Assembly (NCBI GenBank): GCA_002269645.1
Contig: NIVC01002128.1
Location: 1-64,000 of the forward strand
Length of the DNA stretch: 64,000 bases
From: Macrostomum lignano
Lineage: Eukaryota
Reading direction: 5' to 3'
In this document: positions 27,398 to 37,176 of the stretch, one piece after another
Layout of the letters: the number at the start of each line of letters is the position of its first letter
Position numbering within the stretch: the stretch's first letter is position 1
The notes under the pieces: model-generated
The model's database searches: none
What the model was told of the DNA's origin: nothing
Seen by the model: the letters and a program-made list of their open reading frames with translations, nothing else
Made by a program: the position numbers and the translations under genes

Positions 27398-27754
27398 TTT
27401 GCAAAGGCTACAAGCTGATAACTGGTGGAAGCGGTGAGATCAGCAGCCACCAAGGCGCAGTTACATTGAATTACACAAGCAAAATGTCGTGCAAATGGCA
27501 GTTTGTCGGTAAACCTGGAATTCAAATCTCTGCCAAGTTGATCTATTTAAACTTGGCGTCCTACTCGTACTATAACATTTTTGCTTTGTACCAAGGGTCG
27601 GACAACACCAGATTAGTCACTATTAGAGGTGGCAACTCTAGATGGCCGACAGAGTTTTTGACTGTGTCAAACATCTTGACAGTGGTATTTATCGCTAGAC
27701 AACCTGCAAATGAACTTGGCTTTCGGTTACAGTACAGCTTTGTTGATAATGTTG
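27398..27754 (+). CDS. Gene 1, CUB exon F
   Basis: acttcAG...GTAAGT; 357 nt, phase 1-1; CKGYKLIT...SCKWQFVGKPG...LYQG...GFRLQY. Confidence 0.9.
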
Positions 27755-28181
27755 GTAAGTTAATTTTTTTTTATTTTCTTTAACGAACGACGCCGAGGAA
27801 GGAAGGCAAAGGCACACACGGGCGAGGGAGACGAACCCGGGCGGAACAGGCCCCTGTGATTGGTCGAATATATTTTAGTGAGCTCAGTTCGAAAGCGATT
27901 AAAAGACAAGTATGGCTTTAAAGGGGAAAAATAAAACAATAAAAAATTAAACTAGCAAACGCGAGACAGGGTGGCTGGGCCAGAGCAGCCCCGCCCCCCC
28001 CTCCCACCCCCCTCGCTGCACAGAGCACGCACAACGGAGAGCCCACACAGGCCCGGGGCGGCCCCTCCCCGACGTGTTCGCTAATCCAGAGTAGCTACGC
28101 TACTCACCACGTGTAATGTGGTGAGTGCGAGCTACCATTAAGACAACTTACTCTTAACTAATGTACTTGAAATACCCGCAG

Positions 28182-28328
28182 AACCAGCAACAACCAGTTT
28201 AAAGCAGGCGTCATCAACCACGGCTCGCGCTGTTGTCAGCAGCCCAAGTTCGCCAGCAACTGCAAAAATTGTGTCAGATACCAGCTCTGCTCCGGAGTCG
28301 ACAACGACTGGGAAACTGTCACAAACAG
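28182..28328 (+). CDS. Gene 1, Ser/Thr/Pro-rich stalk exon 1
   Basis: ACTAAT branch point, cgcAG acceptor, GTACGA donor; 147 nt, phase 1-1; EPATTSLKQASSTTARAVVSSPSSPAT... Confidence 0.8.
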
Positions 28329-28434
28329 GTACGAGATTCATTTTAAACTATTTTTGGTTACGTTTTCTGCAATATCCCGAAGTGAGTGAATTGCGATGTA
28401 ATACTTGCAACTAATGCTTTTGAAATACCAACAG

Positions 28435-28581
28435 AACCAGCAACAACCAGTTCAAATGAGGCGTCATCAACCACAGCTCGCGCTGTTGTCAGCAGTCCAA
28501 GTTCGCCAGCAACTGCGAAAATCGCATCAGATACCAGCTCTGCTCCGGAGTCGACAACAACTGGTAAACTATCACAAGCCG
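28435..28581 (+). CDS. Gene 1, Ser/Thr/Pro-rich stalk exon 2 (tandem duplicate)
   Basis: ACTAAT branch point, aacAG acceptor, GTAGGA donor; 147 nt, near-identical to 28182-28328. Confidence 0.8.
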
Positions 28582-28762
28582 GTAGGATATTCATTTCAAA
28601 ATAACTTGATGAAAATTAAAATATTTGAACATTTTTGTACTGTACATGTACATGTACGCTTTTACATTGAGTTTTTTATTTGATATGTGTTGTCTGCTAA
28701 TAGGGCAGTTGGTAGATTTCTTAACAAAATAGCACAAATCCATTTATCGATTGTTTTTTCAG

Positions 28763-28866
28763 AAAACGAAGAATCTCTTCCGTCTTATGTTCTCGCATTA
28801 GCAATCGCTGTTCCATCGGCTGCAATTGCAATTAATGCTGCAATAGTTGGAATTGTCATCCACAAG
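28763..28866 (+). CDS. Gene 1, transmembrane exon
   Basis: ttttttcAG acceptor; ENEESLPSYVLALAIAVPSAAIAINAAIVGIVIHK; phase 1 to 0. Confidence 0.85.
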
Positions 28867-28959
28867 GTTTAATTTGCGAGTTTTAAAGCAGTTTTTTGCG
28901 TGTTATGTTTTTTAATAAATTCAATATTACTCAATTGGACATTGTGTTGATCATTTCAG

Positions 28960-29010
28960 TATCTTCAGAATCTGAAGCGACTTAAAAGTCACACAAATTC
29001 TAACACTAAG
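28960..29010 (+). CDS. Gene 1, cytoplasmic exon 1
   Basis: tttcAG...GTtcga; phase 0-0; YLQNLKRLKSHTNSNTK (basic juxtamembrane segment). Confidence 0.7.
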
Positions 29011-29113
29011 GTTCGAAACTTACAATGATTTGGCTGCCATTGCACTCCCGCACTTAAAATGATGTTAATAGAGACGAATTGAATTCCTATTGCGCTTTGA
29101 ACAAAAATTGCAG

Positions 29114-29158
29114 ACCAGCGATGGTCCGTATGCACCAGGGACAGCGTCTGCAGAAAAT
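29114..29158 (+). CDS. Gene 1, cytoplasmic exon 2
   Basis: ttgcAG...GTaact; phase 0-0; TSDGPYAPGTASAEN. Confidence 0.65.
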
Positions 29159-29256
29159 GTAACTATCATGATAAATTTCCTACATTTTTTCCTCTCAATT
29201 TGATTAAGTCGACACGGTGCTCTAAAAACTGTAATGATCAATGATCATTCCCTCAG

Positions 29257-29394
29257 AATGAAGGCAGCTACTGGTACCTAAAAGCCGACAACGTTGGAAA
29301 CGCTGCAGAGAAGAATCCAGGCGAGTTCGAATACGACTATATCTGCATGAAGTCGAGAGGAGACCCACAGCTCAACACATCTGCTGCGTCTTGA
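29257..29394 (+). CDS. Gene 1, terminal coding exon
   Basis: ccctcAG acceptor; NEGSYWYLKADNVGNAAEKNPGEFEYDYICMKSRGDPQLNTSAAS then TGA. All 12 exons join in frame. Confidence 0.7.
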   Translation, partial: NEGSYWYLKADNVGNAAEKNPGEFEYDYICMKSRGDPQLNTSAAS

Positions 29395-31147
29395 ATAATA
29401 GAGATTCGGATGCAGGGCTAGACGGTTGACTTTTGAGGCACGTTTTCAACTTTTTACCTAAAATAGCCAAATATTTAATGCTAAGTTGCGTACACAGGCT
29501 ACGCTAATTCAGGTTTGCAAGTATGATGGTGCTTCAAACCAAATATTTTTTTTTATGTTTATTCGATGGAAATAAGGGTTCTGCCATCGGAACTACAGTT
29601 GAAAGTTTCCGATACAGTAGAAGCTACAGTAGAAGATTCCGTCTGTGGTCGCCACTTTTAAGAGTGCAGCTGTAAAGCCTCTAAATCTTGCGAGTGACCC
29701 AACTTACGAGCTAGCTACGCCAGACTTGGGTTGAGGAATAAGTGGGGGGAGTTGAACAGATTAAAGCGACGTATACCCCTCAGATTTCTTTTAGTTCAGA
29801 ACAGCCCAAGACAAATTGCTCACTGGCGCATACGACTTTATTTTCAATGTTGCTAAGTATATATATAATATTGAAACCATTGAATCTTCCTCATCCTCTT
29901 GCGAACTTAAAAAAAATAACTTCAACAGCCTTTATTGGTCTTCAGTCGTCACTCAATAGTTCAGAGTAGAAAAGATTATTTTAATCAATTTTGTGTGTCC
30001 TTGCATCCTCCTGCCACATTTTCAAAAAGTTCTTATAATTTCATAAAAAAGGTCTTCCTCCAGTGATAATTTTTTTAAAGCTTTGCAAATAAACGCTTTG
30101 TATTCACTATATTCAGTTCTTTGTGAATACCTGGATAAACTTTCTCACTTTTTTTGATTTTTCGATATTTACACTTTTTATCTTTGTTTGAGTAAAAATA
30201 TTGTTTTAACCGATTTTTTCTTATTCTTACATTCTCACACCATCTTTCACAAGAGTTCGTAGCAATTTAATAACAATTTTAGGGTATCTCCTAGTTATAA
30301 ATCGTCAGATTTTAAAATAAATTTTTGTATTCACTATTTTTTATCAGTTTTGTGGTAATTCCTGTGTGAAATTTCTCACCCATTCGTTGATATTCAGAAT
30401 TTTACGTTTTCATAGCTTTCCGAGGTTTTTTTTTTAAATTGCTTAAAATGTTTTAGAAATTGATATTTTTAATCCAATCGACACAATATCGGAAGCACTG
30501 ACTTAAGTAGTGAGTAGTGAGTAGAGAAAAAGTAAAAATTGTTTATTTTTGTGAATCTGAGTATTGTTTGCCGTGCTTATATAAAATTATTGTTTCTCAT
30601 TTTTCCGTTATTCGTCTGAGTGCTCCATTTTAAGTGGAAATACAAAAACATTATTTATCTTTATTCGAAGGTATTGAACTGTTCAGATCAACATAACAAA
30701 GAAGGCCAAAAAACTGTTTTTTTGGTAACAGCAAATTAATGTCTTCTGTATGGTTTGACCATTTAGTAGAGCAAGCCATGGATACGGACAAAATAATTTA
30801 ACGTGCACTTTTCAAGCTGTAGACATGACGCAGCGTAGTGTTATAGAGACGTGAGAGAATGGCACGGGAACAAAATCCCTCTCATCTGCGCTGTCTAACA
30901 CACCCCATAAAGCATCGATTGCGGGACTCTTTAACTCTGTCTGTACTCATCGTTAATTAGCCCCAACTGCCCACTACAGCAGTCATCTACCTCAAATCTC
31001 TGCGCCTCAGCTTGCAGTGTGACCAAGCGCGACTTGTAGAATGCGTTTCAATCAATTCAGCTAGGTATGTTGCACCTAAAGTATTCCGGGTGAGACAGCT
31101 CTGCAAGCAATGAACTTTTCTGTTTTTTGAGTGATTTCTCAGTAGTG

Positions 31148-31208
31148 ATGTCAATGGTCGGTCTTATTATTCAGCACATGACGTTGCTGTTACTGCTATT
31201 GGCAATTG
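31148..31208 (+). CDS. Small EGF-TM gene, signal-peptide exon
   Basis: MSMVGLIIQHMTLLLLLLAI-G then GTGAGT (phase 1); upstream acceptor tttctcAG. Confidence 0.65.
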
Positions 31209-31535
31209 GTGAGTTTGATTTGCTGTTTTTTCAGGCATCAATTCTGAAAGAAAATGCTGCGATTCAACAGACTCTGATATTGCAACTGTTTTTGTAGTTA
31301 CATAGATTTTGAGTAAAATTTAAAGAAGGCTGGACAAATGATGAAGTATTCGTAGTTTAAATGCATGAAGAGTTGTTAGATGCATAATTTGGGTGGCCGT
31401 ACCGGGTAATTATTTCAGCGATCAGACAAGCTTAAGGTATCGAGTCTCCTCGGGATCAAAGATTGAAAAACATTAAAGTTTACATGTAGCCAACAGAATC
31501 TATAGATAATTTTGCACTAAACTACCCAATCCCAG

Positions 31536-31703
31536 ACTGTGATGCTTTCACCAGAAGGAATGGAGCAGCCGTCAAAACGGCGGCTGCAAAACCCTGCATC
31601 CTGACAAGAGCATCACAGCGCTGCCAGTGTGCAAAAATGGGGGCACCTGCGCCATGACCTAGACCGACCTTTTCTTAACTGTACCTGTCCGCCTGTTTTT
31701 TCG
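31536..31703 (+). pseudogene. EGF-like exon with frameshifts
   Basis: PVCKNGGTC and HDLDRPFLNCTCPPVFS lie in different frames; flanked by cccAG and GTAAAT. Confidence 0.6.
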
Positions 31704-31818
31704 GTAAATGCTAGAAATCTACGTCTTTTGAGAAACTGCTGCGATCATGAACGGCCACATCTGTTATACTTTTAGACCTAGTTTAAAAGGTCTAAATCCG
31801 TAAAATCCGTTTGACTAG

Positions 31819-31916
31819 TGAAGTCCCTCGCCATTGGGATTCCATCCGCGATCGTCCTAGCACTGATCATCGCTGGCGTTTTTGCTCTGATTGTGAAATG
31901 CCGCAACTGCAGAAAG
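31819..31916 (+). CDS. Small EGF-TM gene, transmembrane exon
   Basis: gactAG...GTAAAA; KSLAIGIPSAIVLALIIAGVFALIVKCRNCRK; phase 1 to 0. Confidence 0.7.
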
Positions 31917-32334
31917 GTAAAATTACGTAATCAGAGTAAATCATTAATATCTAAAGTAATATGCACGTCTAAATGGAATTCGTTTAAGGACCAACATGAA
32001 ATTTCTCTTCAAAATGCATTGGTAGGATAGACATTCTTCAGTTTTAGCTGCAGCACTTATTTGTGAAGCATCAGATATTTCCCTAGCTACTAGGATCTGC
32101 TATCCAGAAGATCATTTGAAGATCTCGTACACGTATGCACTATAGTTAGTTAGCCATCTTTCCCTTATCAGTTAAAGTAACATTTACACGGTTCTGAGGT
32201 TGATTTACAGAGCGAACATTCATCCTTAAATTTAAAATATTTATACTAAAATTTTTTAAATGAAATTTATTGAAGAAAATTTTGAAGCATGATTATCCAC
32301 ACAAAAGCTTCCCTTCAATCTAATCTGATTCCAG

Positions 32335-32358
32335 GGCTCCGGAAGCAGATACGTTTAA
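32335..32358 (+). CDS. Possible terminal exon (GSGSRYV stop) of the EGF-TM gene
   Basis: ctaat...ttccAG acceptor; phase-0 join gives a 7-aa tail. Confidence 0.35.
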   Translation, partial: GSGSRYV

Positions 32359-33236
32359 GGAGACGTCATTTAGACCGAGTCTTTACTTGCAAATAAGGAA
32401 TTAAAAACTGATGTCTTTAAAAACTATTAATTATAAACACATTAGTGTGAAGCAGGAATCTGACTTGAAGTGGACTCGCCGCGCAGGCCCGCCCACACTT
32501 TGGTAGGTTGCTTGGGTGCGGGTGCTCTGTGTGCACGCGGGGCTTTGAGCTGCCTCCCCTCTACCCTCTATGCGATTTAGTCTCACGTCGCTGCAGCTGA
32601 GTCGACGTAATTTTGGCAAAAAACTTTGAATTATAATCAATTATTATTAAATTGTTATAAATGAGTAATTTTAAAAAATTAATTATTAAAAAACGATAAA
32701 AGTAATTAAACGGTGTCAACTTTGTTAAATTCCTTTCACATTCCTTTTTATAACCCCGAAGGTTCTCTCTAACGCTTATTTTGCTTGAAATCTCATTTTT
32801 CGGGTCTACTCTGCAAACAACTAAAAGCCAGCAAGACTATTTGTTAATTTCATACCCAGAAGAGAAAGAAAATTGAAGCAAAAAAACGCAATAGAATATA
32901 CAATATACCTTAGGTAGCAATAGGTAGCCAAATGCCCACTATGCTTACCTTTTCTTAAATTAACGCATTGATTCTGTTTTAAACCCTTTAAAGATTTTGC
33001 TTCTATACAGTGTTAGCGCTCTGTTTTTATCTGTCTTAATATTGTTGTTCCATCCTTGCAAACTTTTGCAGCAATGCCTTTGATTGTAAAACGGAATCTC
33101 TGATTAAGTCGATAAAATGCTTTGATATTCTGCGTGCGAATGCGCCAATTTTTCCTGTAGATGATGGTTTTGTGCTGAAAAAAATGCAAGTATTTTGAGT
33201 TCCTTTATTTTAATGACAGGCTTTAGATCAAGTGAG

Positions 33237-33701
33237 TTTAGCACCAGGGGCTTTAGCACCAGGGGCTTTAGCACCAGGGGCTTTAGCACCAGGGGCTTTA
33301 GCACCAGGGGCTTTAGCACCAGGGGCTTTAGCACCAGGGGCTTTAGCACCAGGGGCTTTAGCACCAGGGGCTTTAGCACCAGGGGCTTTAGCACCAGGGG
33401 CTTTAGCACCAGGGGCTTTAGCACCAGGGGCTTTAGCACCAGGGGCTTTAGCACCAGGGGCTTTAGCACCAGGGGCTTTAGCACCAGGGGCTTTAGCACC
33501 AGGGGCTTTAGCACCAGGGGCTTTAGCACCAGGGGCTTTAGCACCAGGGGCTTTAGCACCAGGGGCTTTAGCACCAGGGGCTTTAGCACCAGGGGCTTTA
33601 GCACCAGGGGCTTTAGCACCAGGGGCTTTAGCACCAGGGGCTTTAGCACCAGGGGCTTTAGCACCAGGGGCTTTAGCACCAGGGGCTTTAGCACCAGGGG
33701 C
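33237..33701 (+). repeat. Perfect 15-bp tandem repeat (TTTAGCACCAGGGGC) x31
   Basis: 465 bp with no visible variant unit. Confidence 0.97.
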
Positions 33702-33744
33702 GCCAGCACCAAGGTGCTGCCACGATCGTCTGATCCGGTTCGTC

Positions 33745-36050
33745 TTCACTGACGCTTTGGCTTTGGAGACTGACGCCAGCATCGGTGGCGGGCGCAGCCA
33801 TTCTAAACATCTCAACAGTCGTTGCTCAGCGATTGGTTTTTCGTTGATTTTACCTCGGACATGGACGGCCGCTTGGCCGATCTGCGCATCATCGATTTAA
33901 AGGAGGCTGTCATCGCTCGCTCTCGCTTTGATGCTACGGTTCGCTGCAGCAGTGTTCGGAGTGACGGGTTGCGTGACTTTTCTAGAGGGTCACATGCAGG
34001 TGCATTGCGTGAGAAACTAGATAGCCACCCCCTTGAATATTCTGCTTTCTATGTGATATAAAATTAAAGAAACAAACACAAAGAAGAGCAAATGCCAATA
34101 TGTCCTTTCCATGTTTTTGTTGGTAATTCTCTTTCACAAAAACACAGTCATTAGCTATAAACACAAGCTAGTTTGGTTAGAATTATTTCAAAAGACAATT
34201 ACCAACATCACATAGAATTGTCACTTTTTGGAATTTTCGGCAGCTTGCTCGAAGGGATCACAATAACCCCGAGCTAGCCATCATCAGCTTATTCGTCTTC
34301 GCTTTAGCTCTTCCTTCGCTTTGCTGGGCTGCCTTTTGGAGCTGCCCACGTTTTTTACGCAGAGCTTCAATCTCTTGCTCACGGCTTTCAGTGAACTTCT
34401 GTGCGCTACCTAAACAGCAGCTGGTTTGCCGCCCCTTTTTCTTTTAGCTTTGCCTCTCAACGAGCTTCTCTTCCAGACTGGAAATCTGCTTTCAGACCTG
34501 CTTTGCCGCCCAAACTTCCGAAATGTCTTCGTTTGTCTGGCAAGAAAAGAAATTCGACTAAAATTTTTGCGCTATTTAGGGGCACAATAATTCGAGCTAT
34601 TGTTACAAATTTCACGCATTCGCGATTGTCAGCACCAGATTCGCGCCTGACGCGAATTCGCGCCTCACTCCGAACACTGCCGGCGGCAACAGGCTTCATC
34701 AGGCCAGGTGGTTTTCTACAGCGACAGCAGCAGCAGATCAAATTTAAGTTCTTTTACCAGTTCCTCGCCGAACCCGACTCTCTTCTCCCGACGGGAGGCA
34801 TTGCTCTGATTGATTTTTGCCTCTCGTTTCTACAGTCATTTTTGATAGATTCCTTTCAATTTTCTCTGCATGCCCTGGGACCTGCTTCCGCATCCACCCT
34901 GTTTTCCAAGTGCCTTTTGGCTGCCAACCGAGCTGCTCCCTCTGGCTTGTGTCACTTTCGCACCGGCGACGCTGCGGTCGAGGTACATGTAAAACATGTG
35001 GAGGGTGGGGCTCGCCTTCTGCAGCGAGACAAAGATCAAAGCTCTCTGAAGCCGACTCCAACTCAGATTTGCCAGTTCATCAGCTTTCTCATGCGCCATC
35101 GCCTGTCACAACAATCAAACCTGCAGGCATGCATCAGCTCGATCGCCACTCTGCTGCGACTCAGCGACTGTCCGGTGACGACAGACTCAGGACTCGTGAG
35201 CCTGGCTTTTCAAGGCTGCGCTGGGCTCGAGTCATCTGCTGCGACTGCGGTGGCCTTGGAGCTGCTCTGTGGAGCCTCATCTTAGCCGGCTGCTGGGCGA
35301 TGCTACGAGCGGCCAATCGTCAGCCGCACTGTCAACCAGGCGAACGTCGAAAAGGCGGTGCTGGTCAGCGATCTGCGCCTTGGCATTAAGGAAGCCCGGA
35401 TTTCGGTTCGCCTGTCCAAGACGAATCAAATCAACGAGCCCCGTTACGTTGTTATTCTGCCCTGCATCTGCAAGAGTGCTTCGCTGTGTCCGCTTTGTGA
35501 GCTCCAAAATCACTTCAGCCGGAACTCACTAGACTAGGGGTCGCAAAATGTTCTAGAGAATCTAGTGTATAACTGAGGAGGGTAGAGGAGAAAAGAGGAG
35601 GGGAGAGAATGGAGAGGAGAGAGAAGAGAGAATGGAGAGGAGAAGAGAGAAAGAGAAGAGATTATTGAAAGAAGAGAGCTAAGAAGAGACTAAACTTGAG
35701 CTGGCCAGATTGCAATTGTGAAGTTTTTACGGACCCGAGGGCTGGGTGGAGAGGCTTCACGGGCCAGAGTTTGCCGACCCCTAAGCCTGCACTATTGACA
35801 TAGCCCCTCCTACACGGCCTCTGTTTTCCACCCTGCAGTCAGGGGGAAGATGGATGAGCTCAACTGCAGCTTGTATCCAGCGCGAGTTACAATATCTTCG
35901 CTCTTTCACCAGACTGGACTTCCGAGAAACTGCGAATATCTTTCAATGCACATCCTGTGCTGAGGCGTGCGGGCATCGCGAGCGAGGAAATCAAAGCGAT
36001 TTGCGACTGGAAGAGCGATGCGTTCATTTCTATGCGGGCCAGCAGGCGCA
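33745..36050 (+). pseudogene. Decayed DIRS/Ngaro-type tyrosine-recombinase retrotransposon (RNase H and YR remnants)
   Basis: RNase H-like ETDASIGGG...DWFFVDF...IIDLKEAVIA (33745-33990). YR N-terminal PTPTQICQFISFL...ISSIATL (35050-35220), VRLSKTNQ...LCPLCEL (35405-35515) and AGIASEEIKAICDWKSDAF (35970-36030). Many frameshifts. Confidence 0.7.
35535..35783. mobile_element. hAT-like MITE inside the YR remnant
   Basis: TIRs TAGGGGTCG(G)CAAA at both ends around a GA-rich core; no 8-bp TSD visible. Confidence 0.5.
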
Positions 36051-36690
36051 GGTGGCTGTTCGTCGCATCGGAGCGGCTGTTGAGGCTGCGAATTGACTGA
36101 TTGCTTTTCCGTATTTCTGCTCCGTTTTTACGAGTAGTTTTTGCTGCTTTTTTAGTCTTGTCATCTTTTTTGTCCTCTCCCCCGTTTTGTGTTTGGAATT
36201 TTCGTTTCGTGCCTCCCCTAGTCTTGCTGTTTTTCTTTCCTTGTGGTTTAATATCTCCCTTTCCACCGTGTTGATCGTAAGGGCGTTTAAATTGGGGGGT
36301 AAGGCGGTTGGCTTGGGTGGGGCGCGTGCGTTTGATGTTGGTGTGTTGGGGGGGGGGGTCTGAAGTGCTCGGGTGCTATTTAGTCCATTCTCTGCGTGTA
36401 CTCAATTTTTTCAGTCGTCTTTTTGGACAGTTTAATGTTTTGTAGCGATAAATTCGTTTGCAAGTTTTGGTTTGCGCAGATTTTTGTTTCTTTTGCCACT
36501 TCTGTGGCCTTGCTCTTTCCCTTTCCGCACGGTTTAATTAAAATTACACCCAGCTTTTATTAATAAGTCGGTCATGGCCAACGTGTTCGTACTTATTTAA
36601 TGAGTTTGCTGCTGCATCTTTATTTAAAAGGATGCAAAACCGCCATGTTTCAGTCAGTAAAACATGCAGTTTCCAGAGTGTTGGATTAAC

Positions 36691-36732
36691 CATGGACTTC
36701 TATACTTAGCATACTAAGTATAGAAGTCCATG
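36691..36732. mobile_element. 42-bp hairpin insertion with 7-bp TSD (P-like footprint or micro-MITE)
   Basis: GATTAAC|CATGGACTTCTATACTTAG-cata-CTAAGTATAGAAGTCCATG|GATTAAC. Confidence 0.75.
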
Positions 36733-37176
36733 GATTAACGCATACTCACCATTATGTTCTTTCTATGGCCTAAAGTATGCATAAGTGCTCGGCCGCCCCG
36801 CGACAATGGTTAGTTGTCTATATGATTTCTGATATAGACAATGCACGAATTGCCACGAGCGGCGAAGCCACGAGTGGCTTCGAGCATTGTCTATGGAAGA
36901 AATCATATAGACAATATTATTGTCCTATTGATCAAGCCACTCACGAAGCGTGTGACAATCATGCATTGCTACATATGTGGCAATGCATGTCTAAAATTAG
37001 ACGTCTAGGGTCCAGGCTTGAACCATAGACATAAAGTAGCTCCAACAGAAAGCGAACCTTTTGTTGTGCAGAAAGAGGACAGAAGCGCAGTCTGAAGCCT
37101 TTGAGAATACAAACACATTGTTTAGTAATTTGACGATCATTATTCACACTTTTGTAACGATGTTGATATTTAATTT

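Noticed and set aside
33104-33900. Elastin/collagen-like APGAL, STRGF, KAPGA and VLKPL ORFs
   Set aside because: A perfect 15-bp repeat open in several frames, with no gene structure.
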